NCBI GenBank assembly: GCA_963797555.1 | Contig: CAWCPV010000013.1 | Coordinates: forward strand, 1-64,000 | Direction: 5' to 3' | Length of the DNA stretch: 64,000 bases | From: an uncultured Gammaproteobacteria bacterium | Lineage (GTDB): Bacteria; Pseudomonadota; Gammaproteobacteria; CAWCPV01 | Shown: positions 36,938-45,817 of the stretch, piece by piece | How positions within the stretch are numbered: position 1 is the stretch's first letter | How the letters are laid out: every line of letters begins with the position of its first letter | Program-made: the position numbers and the translations under genes | Notes under the pieces: model-generated | What the model was told of the DNA's origin: nothing | Database searches by the model: none | Seen by the model: the letters and a program-made list of their open reading frames with translations, nothing else

Positions 36938-37180
36938 GTGGAAGACTTCGCCCGTCTCAATCTCGTTGGGGAGTCCCCCGCTTTTCTTCGCTGCTTGGCG
37001 CTGGTCAGGAAGTATGCGGCTTGCCACGCGACGGTCCTGGTCCGGGGCGAGACAGGTACCGGCAAAGAGCTGGCCGCGCGCGCGATCCATTATCTCGGCG
37101 GGCGCAGCGAGTATCCCTTCATCCCGGTGAACTGTGGAGCGATCCCGGAGACCCTAGTGGAGAACGAGCTCTTCGGCCAC
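36938..37180 (+). pseudogene. sigma-54-dependent activator (AAA+ bEBP), 3'-truncated
   Basis: LVGESPAF...VLVRGETGTGKELAARAIH...PFIPVNCGAIPETLVENELFGH; ends just before the expected GAFTGA motif. Confidence 0.88.
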
Positions 37181-37463
37181 CATCAGCATTCGGGGCTCGC
37201 CCTGTTCACGCCTGCCGATGTGTTCTGCGGGCGTGTCGGGGCACTCCTTGCCACGCGCCAGGCGGCACTCAATGCCGCCTACGTCGCACATCCCGAGCGC
37301 TTCGTGCGCGGACGGCCCGTCGCTGCCCGGCCCCCTAAGGTGGTCGCCATTAACCGCCATTAACCCGATGCTCGCCGAGCAGCACCTGCCCACCGCCAGT
37401 ACCCCGCTCGTCGAGCATGCCGACACGCTCACCCAATGCGAGATGGCGGCAATGACAACTTAA

Positions 37464-39084
37464 CCTTCCAGTTGCATAAGTTCTCGGTACAGGCTGAGCT
37501 AATGCCTTGAGGCAAAGCGGCTCGTGGGGTGTTTCGGTGTGAACGCTGGAATGCACCGGTGGTGAGATCCAGAAAACGCGATAGATAGGGAGTATCGATT
37601 AAAAATAGAAAGCGGTCTTCTCTTCAGGGTAGAATGGTGTCTGCCAAAACCTCCAATATACCCAGAAGGAGACCGCTCGAAATGAAGTTTAGCAGATCCG
37701 AGATTCACCGCAAGACTCACCGCGTCCCGAGTCTGCGCTTCGAAGACCAACAGCTCACTTCGTTTTCTGGGCTGGTCCTGTTTCAGGGTTTGTTTGCCCA
37801 TCTGGGGCTCCTGGAGCCGACTGCGCCAATGCTTCCGCCATCTGGGCGTGAGCCCCATCTTCGGCTACGCCAAGTGCGTGCTGCTGTTGGTGGTGCATCT
37901 GCTGCTCGGTTACCGGGAACTGCGCGACATGCGCTATTACGCCGATGACCCGCTGGTGAAAAGGGTGCTCGGGCTGCGCCGGCTGCCGGATGTGGCGACG
38001 CTGAGCCGAGCACTGGCCGGGGCCGATGCCGAGAGCGTGCAGCGGCTCGCCGCACTGCTGCGCGAGATGGTCCTGGAGCGGCTGGTGGTGCTGGGGCTGG
38101 AGCGCATCACGCTCGACTTCGATGGCTCGGTGATCGGCACCTGTCGGTTCGCCGAAGGCACCGCGGTCGGCTTCAACCGCAGGAAGAAGGGACAACGCAG
38201 CTATTATCCGTTGTTCTGTACCGTGGCCCAGACCGCCCAGGTGCTGGCGGTGCTGCATCGCTCGGGCAATGTGCACGACTCCAATGGGGCAGAAGCGTTC
38301 ATCCGAGACTGCATCCGGCAGGTGCGGGCTGCCTTGCCAAAAGTCATCATCGAGGTGCGCGCCGACAGCGCCTTCTTCAGCGACTCCCTCGTCGGCCTGC
38401 TGCAAAGCGAGAAGGTGCAGTACACGCTGAGTGTCCCCTTCGAGCGCTGGACCGAACTGAAGCAACGCATTGAGACGTGCCAGCGTTGGTTGCCCCTGGA
38501 CGACGAACAAGCCTATTTCGAGGCTCAGTGGAAGCCGAAGTCCTGGCACTTGTATCATCGCTTCCTGTTCATCCGCAGAACGGTGAGGCAACAGTCCAAG
38601 GGCCCCGTACAGCTCGATCTCTTCATCCCTTACCAGTACGGTTACGAGTTCAAGGTGATGATCACCAACAAGCCCCAGCACGCCGCTGAGGTGGTGGCCT
38701 TCCACAACGGCCGCGGTGCTCAGGAGGGATTGTTCGCAGAGCTCAAGTCCGACAACCAACTCGACTATGTGCCCACCCGCACCTGGGTGGGCAACCCGAT
38801 CTATCTGCTCTCGACAGTGCTCGCGCACAACCTCAGCCGGGAGCTTCAAATGATAGCGCGCCCACTACCCCGCCGTGTCTCGCAGAAACGGCCCGCATTG
38901 TGGGACTTCGCCCGTCTCAATACGCTGCGCTGCCGGCTCATCCAGCGCGCCGGTCGCCTGATCCGCCCACAGGGTCGATTGACCCTGTCGATGAGCGCCA
39001 ATTCAGCCGTCCAGCACGAGCTGTTGCATTATCTGCAGGCCCTGCAGAAAGCGGCATGATCAGAAAGGTTTTGCAACGATAGGG
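37464..39084 (+). mobile_element. IS1380-family element with 4-bp target duplication TTAA
   Basis: TTAA at 37460-37463 and 39085-39088; IRs CCTTCCAGTTGCATAA / TTTTGCAACGATAGGG. Confidence 0.85.
37682..39059 (+). pseudogene. IS1380-family DDE transposase with a frameshift near 37818
   Basis: [15 protein letters not shown]-terminus; ITLDFDGS, YYPL, VRADSAF and HNGRGAQE..FAELK motifs. Confidence 0.85.
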
Positions 39085-39396
39085 TTAATTTCCAACCGCC
39101 CCTGTCTCAAAGTCATTGACACGTTCCGTCACTGCAGGCGATCTGGATTAGGCGCGCCTCTTTTCTCCGTTCGGAATCGGGTCTGTCGGCGGTCGCATAC
39201 GCACGCTTACGCTTCTTGCGATCCAACGCCGCTTCAAGACCCTGTTCGACCAGACATTGCCGAATGCTGCAAACCGTGCGCGGGGAACACGAGAATGCCT
39301 CCGCGGCTTGCGCATCGGTCCAGGCCGGGCCATCGGCATCGACCTTCAACAGGACGTTGGCGTGCTTGATCTTATACGCCGCAGCCTTGCCTTTAT

Positions 39397-40741
39397 GGTT
39401 CCTCTCAGGAATCGGTGCACAGTGAGGGGGCTGAGCGTTGAAGGGCATGAGTCTCATCAGGTACTTAGAAGATGCCAATCGTTCTAGGTATCTGGAGAGG
39501 GGACTCATGCTCTTGGGAAGTCTGGTCAAAGCAACGTTGGAATTGCAAGGGTTTCGGGTAGTCACGGTGGGAGGCGACTTAACGGGTCTGGTGGCTGAGC
39601 TTGCGCCGGATGGACGCTACGCGCCTCGGTGCGGGTGTTGTGGTCGAACGGCGAGCTACCGAGACACCCGGGCCGTTCGTCGGTTTCGTCACGTCCCGAT
39701 ATGGGGGATTGCGGTGAGCCTGAGCTACGCGCCTCGTCGCGTCAGCTGCGGGCAGTGCGCCGGTGTGCACGTCGAGGCGATGCCGTGGGCTGTGGGAAGC
39801 AGCGCTTGAGCCGTGCGCTGGTGGTGACGCTTGCCACGTGGGCTCGGGTGCTGCCATGGAGGCAGGTGGCGAGGCTGTTCGGGTGCGCCTGGGGCACCGT
39901 GGCGGACGCCGTTGACGAAGCGCTGGCCTACGGGCTTGCCCATCGTAAGCTCGATGAGCTCACCCACCTCGGCATCGACGAGATCTCCAGGAAGCGCGGT
40001 CATGTTTACGTCACCAATGTCTACGACCTGAAGACCAAGCGCTTGGTGTGGAGCGGCGAGGACCGCCGCCGGCAGACGCTGGAGGCATTCTTCGAGTTCC
40101 TCGGCCCTGAGGGTTGCGCTCGGCTCAAAGGCATCTGCTGCGATATGTGGCAACCCTATATCGATGTCATCAAGGCCAGGGCGCCGAATGCGGTGCTGGT
40201 CTTCGACAAGTTTCACATCGTGCGCCACCTCATGGAGGCGGTTGACCAAGTCCGACGCGATGAGGTCCGCGACAAGGGCGCGGCACACAAGCGCCTGCTG
40301 GCGCGAACCCGATACCTCTGGCTGAAGAACCCGTGGAATCTCACCGAGAAACAGGCCACGCGACTGCGCGACCTGGAGGGGCTGAATCTGAAGATCAACC
40401 GTGCCTATCTGCTCAAAGAGGCGTTCCGAGAACTCTGGAGCTACCGGCGCGCGGGCTGGGCGAAGCGATACCTGGCCCGCTGGTTCTGGTGGGCGACCCA
40501 CTCGAGATTGCCCCCGATGCGCGACTTCGCCTGGATGCTGCGCCATCATGAGCCCGACATCCTTAACTACCTCCGGTTGCCCATCGACAACGGGACCGTC
40601 GAGGGCCTCAACAACAAGGCCAAGCTCGTCATCCACAAGGCATACGGATTCCGCACGCCCAAGAACTACATCCGAAACCTCTACCACTGCCTGGCCGACC
40701 TCCCGCTACCCCAAACCGTGCATACATTTGTGTGAGGAACC
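39397..40741 (+). mobile_element. ISL3-family element with 8-bp target duplication GCCTTTAT
   Basis: GCCTTTAT at 39389-39396 and 40742-40749; IRs GGTTCCTC / GAGGAACC. Confidence 0.92.
39508..40735 (+). pseudogene. ISL3-family transposase with a frameshift near 39795
   Basis: N-terminal Zn finger (RCGCCG...RRVSCGQC); GIDE, CCDMW.PY, FDKFH and NGTVEGLNNKAK...AYGFR motifs. Confidence 0.88.
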
Positions 40742-41004
40742 GCCTTTATTAACCAGCTCCGTGAGCATCGAACGCTCCTCCTCCGTGAGACGCACAACGT
40801 ATTTCTTGTTCATGAGAGCACCTCCTGACTTGAAACATCAAGAAATACCCCCAACACCATGTGTTTGCAAGATTTGATGAAACTGGGTACTAGGTACCCT
40901 CGCGAAACCGGTTCCTATGGGATTCATGGGTTGGCCGAAAGTTACGCATGAATTAGATTAACCGCCTGATTTATACGCGTTGAACTGAATCTTCGGAAAA
41001 CGCG

Positions 41005-44000
41005 TCACAGCGCGCGATTGCCCTGTAATAATCTCATCAGCCATTTGTAAATCCAGCACAAAAAGATTTTTAGCATATCAGGACAATATGGCCAAAACGT
41101 CTTTGCTTTTCCGGTTTTCTTGAAGCCTACGCCAGACACGCTGACACCGGGTGTGGCGAGAGGCTTGAAGTCGCTATCACGCGTACGACCACTTGTGTCG
41201 GTGATGCGGATTGCCGCGGCCGCCTTAAGACCGGCCCGCCTCAAACTAAAGGACTGTGTCGTGCCCGCCGATTTTCCGAGCAGTATCCAAGAATCGCACA
41301 GGCCCCCATGCGCTGCCTCCACGGTATAGGATCGCAGATCCATGTCTGGCCGCACGAAAACGGTGACATCGTCGTCGCCCTGGGCGAGAATCGCTTCCTT
41401 CCGGACGCCGCCCGTCAGCGACCCACGCGCGCCCAGCGACACAAATGTATCCGGCGGCTTCTTTGAGATGTCCCCGAGCGCAGCCTCCGGATTCGCATGC
41501 TGGTTGGCGCCTTGGGCCGCTTCGGCGCCCTTCAGGAATTGGACGACCTTATCCGCCCAGCGCAATTGGCCCACCGGCGGCAGAGTCTGCTGTTGAATCA
41601 CCTGGCCGCCGAAGGACACGCCCAGGACAGGCGTCGCGCCGGGAGCAAACGTCAGTTGGCGGGTGTAGGTGCCATCGAGGTTGCTGACGAGCGGACCGGC
41701 GAAGTTGCCGTCCTGCACGGTCAAGTCAAAGCCGGGGGAGGTGCCCGGATCGACCAGCAACACGTTGCGAAAGCGATCGCCCGGAGCGACCACCACCTGC
41801 GCAGTGCCCGGTTGTCCGAACCGCACGTCAAGGAGGGTGAAAGCCGGATCCGGCCGTACCAAAACGTTGGTGGTGATCTTTGCCTCTCGCCGGAAGCTGC
41901 TTCCATCCTCGGTCACACCGGTGGCCGTAACGTAGAAGGTGCGCATCTCCGGCATGGAGGTGTCCGTAATCGTAGCGCGGTATGTACCGACGCCTCCCGA
42001 ATCGATCATAGCCGTGTTGCTTTGGACTTTGCCGCCCGGGAAGAACATGCCTGCCAGTGCGGCTCCCACTGTCTTGATCAAGAGCGGCGTGCTGTCCCCT
42101 TTTACTTTCTCGGCGGCCTGCTTTAACGCACTAGCCGGCACGTTTAGCCCGGCGAGCCAGTTGGCCTCCGATTGCTGGGGCGCGGTCGTGGACAGGATTA
42201 CCCCGGCGCCCTTGATGGGGCTGCCAGCAGCAGTAAGGCGTGCTGAAACCTGGATCGGATCGCCTGCGTAGAATACCGGCTGATCCAGCCGTAACTCCAT
42301 ACGCAGATCCGAATCCACGATGATGTCATAATCGTAATTTTCCAGGCCCGTTTCACTGTCGCTCAGCTCGGGACTGAGAACACGCAGGGTCCACGTGCCA
42401 TAACGCGGCCGGGTTGGATCGGCGGCGTTCCGCAGGAAGTCCGGACCGACCATATACAGTTGCGATCGATCGCCGCTGGTGAAAGTGACGTCAGGAAACA
42501 CCCCCTGTGCCGCAGCTTCCGGAGTTATTACGTCACAGGCGGGTGTTGTCAGCTCCAAGCGCATTCGTTGTGGGTCGGGCGTGTTCCAGGCCAAAACAAA
42601 GGCTGCCTTGTGATCGTATTTCGTTATCAAGGCAAAGTGGCGCGCCTCGGGCTGGCCGGCATGAAACACCGCCGACGGGTCGCCCGGCGATGACCCCGCC
42701 GTAACCCCGGCTTTGATCGCAGTACGGAACGCGGCTGCGATTTGCGTGCCGGTTAGGTGAGCGTCGTCAACCCGTTGATTCTGCGGCTGGCCGCTCTGCA
42801 GTGAACCGTCCACTAGATGTTGAAGCAATGTCGGATCGACGTTCGAAGCCCCAGTGACTCCATAGCCGATGGCAAACAGTGAGATATTCTGGTCCGCTAT
42901 CGAACTGCCTGCCGCTGCCGTGCCATTTGGAGGGAGGATGAACTCCGTCGGCTGATGGGTGCCGATATTTTGGGCACCATCCGTCATCAACACGAGCCAG
43001 CGCCGGTTCGCCTGCACACTGACGCTGTCGGTGGCGAAGTAGGTGGGAGGCTGGGCAAAGACACGATTGATGCCATCTCCCATCGGCGTGCCCGCAAAAA
43101 ACGGATTCACCCCCGCTATGGCCGTCTGCGCTGTCCCGATACCCGTCGCATCAATGTTGATGGGAGGATTAACCAAGTCAAACGTCGTCGGATCGGCGAA
43201 ATTTGTTTCCGGGAACCGAGCAACGCTGAACTTGCCTCGGTCCTGCCCAAATCCCAAGAGCAGCGGCAGGAAGTTGTTGTTGACCGCGTCCACCAGTTCG
43301 CCCCAGCGCGAGGTCGGCTGCGGTGGCGGCGGCAGCGGCAGAGGTGTGCCGTCGGGGAGCCAACTCATGCTGCCGGAATCGTCCAGCAGCATCACTACCT
43401 CCAAAGCTTGCGTCCTCGCCAATACCTTTAGTTGGTTGTTGTGTCCCACGGTGGTCCCTGCATTGGCATCCGCGGGCGTAATATTGACGGTGGCATTGGC
43501 GGTCGTCCCCCCATCTGGCGGCGGCGGTGCGGCCGGCGCGGTGAAAGTGACGGTCAACGGCTGCGAGTCGCCAGGATTCAACAAGCCGGGCACCGCTCCC
43601 AGGGCAAAGCTTCCGGGCAACGGGGGGTTCACGCTGTTGACGGTGAACGGGGCTGTGCCTCGGTTCGTGATCTGCACGCTTTCGCCCTTCGTTCCGTTGA
43701 TCAATACATCCCAGATGAGGGTGGTCGGCTGCAACGGGTCGATCAAGGGCGGAGTGGGCTCCACATCGATCCAGGGCTGGGCGGTGTTCGTTTCAGTGCC
43801 CGATACCACCCAGATGTAATCGCGTGCCGCCGCATCGTTATTGGTGATGGTGATTGTCCAGGTGTGCGATACGAACGCAACAAACGGGACGAAATCGATC
43901 GAGACGATGAACACGTTGTTGAAGCCAGGATCAGGCAGAATATTTGCGTCGGCTATGTAGGTTGCGCCCGAATAGATTGGCTGCGGTGTCCCGGTTAGAA

Positions 44001-44238
44001 TCGGAGAAGCTGGCCCGCCATCCGCCTGCAGGACGACACCGGGCATGCCCGCGCCGACCAGAGCGCCAACAGGATTCGACACCCCTATGCGGATGTACAT
44101 GAAGTTGTCGCCGTTTATGGAACCGACGGTTGAAGCCAGTTGCTCGATCGTTTTGGGTGCGCTTGTCGCGCCGGCTAGCACGTTGAGGGGTACGTTTGGG
44201 GGTGCGTATGTTAGATCTGGATATACATGCGGGTCCAT
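41005..44238 (-). CDS. large vWA-domain protein with Ig-like domains (last gene of the eCIS cluster)
   Basis: MIDAS motif LLDDSGSMS..GTPMGDG..LMTDG; preceding ITNRGTAPFTV..LNPGDSQPLTVTF (ASH/choice-of-anchor-D-like); no obvious signal peptide. Confidence 0.85.
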   Translation of the reverse strand: MDPHVYPDLTYAPPNVPLNVLAGATSAPKTIEQLASTVGSINGDNFMYIRIGVSNPVGALVGAGMPGVVLQADGGPASPILTGTPQPIYSGATYIADANILPDPGFNNVFIVSIDFVPFVAFVSHTWTITITNNDAAARDYIWVVSGTETNTAQPWIDVEPTPPLIDPLQPTTLIWDVLINGTKGESVQITNRGTAPFTVNSVNPPLPGSFALGAVPGLLNPGDSQPLTVTFTAPAAPPPPDGGTTANATVNITPADANAGTTVGHNNQLKVLARTQALEVVMLLDDSGSMSWLPDGTPLPLPPPPQPTSRWGELVDAVNNNFLPLLLGFGQDRGKFSVARFPETNFADPTTFDLVNPPINIDATGIGTAQTAIAGVNPFFAGTPMGDGINRVFAQPPTYFATDSVSVQANRRWLVLMTDGAQNIGTHQPTEFILPPNGTAAAGSSIADQNISLFAIGYGVTGASNVDPTLLQHLVDGSLQSGQPQNQRVDDAHLTGTQIAAAFRTAIKAGVTAGSSPGDPSAVFHAGQPEARHFALITKYDHKAAFVLAWNTPDPQRMRLELTTPACDVITPEAAAQGVFPDVTFTSGDRSQLYMVGPDFLRNAADPTRPRYGTWTLRVLSPELSDSETGLENYDYDIIVDSDLRMELRLDQPVFYAGDPIQVSARLTAAGSPIKGAGVILSTTAPQQSEANWLAGLNVPASALKQAAEKVKGDSTPLLIKTVGAALAGMFFPGGKVQSNTAMIDSGGVGTYRATITDTSMPEMRTFYVTATGVTEDGSSFRREAKITTNVLVRPDPAFTLLDVRFGQPGTAQVVVAPGDRFRNVLLVDPGTSPGFDLTVQDGNFAGPLVSNLDGTYTRQLTFAPGATPVLGVSFGGQVIQQQTLPPVGQLRWADKVVQFLKGAEAAQGANQHANPEAALGDISKKPPDTFVSLGARGSLTGGVRKEAILAQGDDDVTVFVRPDMDLRSYTVEAAHGGLCDSWILLGKSAGTTQSFSLRRAGLKAAAAIRITDTSGRTRDSDFKPLATPGVSVSGVGFKKTGKAKTFWPYCPDMLKIFLCWIYKWLMRLLQGNRAL

Positions 44239-44257
44239 AATACTAAGCCTCGTGAGT

Positions 44258-45796
44258 TTAGGGTCCTGTAACGGTGAATGTGTCCGTGCTGACAGCCGAA
44301 CCGCCGGCCGTGGTGACGGTAATGTTGACGCCTAGGCTGCCTCCCGCGGCCACCATGTTGGGCGGTACCTGAACCGCGATCTGGGTTGCCGACGGCGCGC
44401 CGCTCAACACGGCGTTCGTGTTCCCGAACTTCACTGTAACCGGCGGGAAGTTGAAATTCTGGCCGAATAGCGTGATCAACGCGTTGCCTATGCCGCTCCT
44501 CGGTATAAACTGCGGCGAGGGAAGGACGGCGAAGGACGGCGCCGGGATGGTCACTTCCGCCGTGAAGTTATCGTCGCTGACCACGGTGCCTGCGGCGGTG
44601 CGCACCGTGATCCTGACGTCGGCGCTGGTGCTGCCGGCTGGCACCAGGCCAGCAGGCACGGGAACCACGATCTGGTTGGCCGTCGGCGTACCGGACGGCG
44701 TGGCCGTCACTGTTCCGAACTGCACTTGCAAACCGCCGGCATTGAAATTGAATCCGTTGATCGTGACCAGAGTGCCCGGCGTGCCGTGGATCGGACTGAA
44801 CTGGCCGCCCGGGTCGGCAAACGCCGGGTTTGGCAATACGGTGAAAGTGTCGTCGCTGACATCCGCGCCGCCGGCATTACGCACCGTGAGCTTGACGCCG
44901 GCTGGGGCGCCTCCTGGGGTCAGGCCAGATGGGACTTTCACTACGACCTGCGTGGGCGAGGGGGCTGCCACAATTGTTGCCGGCATATTGCCGAACAGTA
45001 CCTGGAGCGAACCGACGTTGAAGTTGGTGCCGAAGAGAGTGATCTGCTGGTTGATGACTCCACTCCTGGGCATGAACTGGGGGGTGGGTAGGTTGACGAA
45101 GGCCGGCAGTAGCACGAGTTTCTCCAGCAGACTCAGACGCCGCTCCATATCCGAAACGGTTAGGCGGGATTGGCGGAGGTCGGTGATCATGGCTGCGGTA
45201 ATGGTGTCGCTCCCTCGCGGCCGCTGCAACTGCGCCAGCGGATAATAGACGTGACCGGCAGGAGCAGCGGGAACCGGAACGCCTTCGGCAACCACCACGA
45301 CCCAGACCGGTTTCAACCGGACGGAGGTCTCGATCCCCACGTCCACGCCGTTGTTCAGATCGGAATCGACCGTACTGTCTACTTCGGTGAAAGAAACGTC
45401 GAGGTAGACGATGTCCGTGCGAGGATCCGGCTGCGCGGCCGTGGGAGTTGTCAGGGCGGGCACGCCCGCCTGGGCCTTATAGGTTGTGTTCGCCGGGATG
45501 GCGACTTCGATTCCGCCCACCATGCAGGTGCCCGGGCTTGCAGCTCCAGCCGCAATAACGAAATCCTGGGGCGCTGAGGCTGCGAGCGCTCGTATGGCGA
45601 ATCCGTCCACCCCGGCCGGGATGCCGTTTCCGATGTAGCGGGTAAACACCGAGCGCACGGTAGCGTTGATCAGGTCATGCAGCAAATTCAGATCCCGGTC
45701 CAGCAGCGGCACGCCTTGCTGGATATGGAGGCCCACATACCCTTTCTGCTGGTTCGCAACGAGAACATCTAGCGGCGACTTCGAGTAATCACTCAT
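44258..45796 (-). CDS. putative tail fibre: DUF6519-like N-terminus plus three IPT/TIG repeats
   Basis: Y.GLHIQQGVPLLDRDLN...YLDV...EV...D...ETSVR N-terminus; three P.F...QF.P..G...IT..G.NFN...V.FG repeats. Confidence 0.8.
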   Translation of the reverse strand: MSDYSKSPLDVLVANQQKGYVGLHIQQGVPLLDRDLNLLHDLINATVRSVFTRYIGNGIPAGVDGFAIRALAASAPQDFVIAAGAASPGTCMVGGIEVAIPANTTYKAQAGVPALTTPTAAQPDPRTDIVYLDVSFTEVDSTVDSDLNNGVDVGIETSVRLKPVWVVVVAEGVPVPAAPAGHVYYPLAQLQRPRGSDTITAAMITDLRQSRLTVSDMERRLSLLEKLVLLPAFVNLPTPQFMPRSGVINQQITLFGTNFNVGSLQVLFGNMPATIVAAPSPTQVVVKVPSGLTPGGAPAGVKLTVRNAGGADVSDDTFTVLPNPAFADPGGQFSPIHGTPGTLVTINGFNFNAGGLQVQFGTVTATPSGTPTANQIVVPVPAGLVPAGSTSADVRITVRTAAGTVVSDDNFTAEVTIPAPSFAVLPSPQFIPRSGIGNALITLFGQNFNFPPVTVKFGNTNAVLSGAPSATQIAVQVPPNMVAAGGSLGVNITVTTAGGSAVSTDTFTVTGP

Positions 45797-45817
45797 AACC
45801 CGCTCCTTTCCGCAACC

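Larger units (their letters stand above)
37181..39127 (+). mobile_element. IS3-like element remnant (transposase tail and right end), interrupted by IS1380
   Basis: HQHSGLALFTPADV...AY.AHPERFVRG.P transposase C-terminus; terminal-like TGTCTCAAAGTCATTGACACGTTCCG at ~39103-39127. Confidence 0.65.
39128..40892 (-). mobile_element. IS630-family element, truncated and interrupted by ISL3
   Basis: Start MNKKYVVRLTEEER..L..LVNKG at 40813 resumes as KAAAYKIKHANVLLKVD..GPAWTD.Q.AEA...RTV..IRQ..VEQGLEAAL below 39396; end-like sequence with TA at 40891-40892. Confidence 0.8.

Noticed and set aside
37611-37677. Long stem-loop before the IS1380 transposase as a novel ncRNA
   Set aside because: The stem pairs with the RBS (AAGGAG), consistent with the known IS strategy of blocking translation from read-through transcripts.
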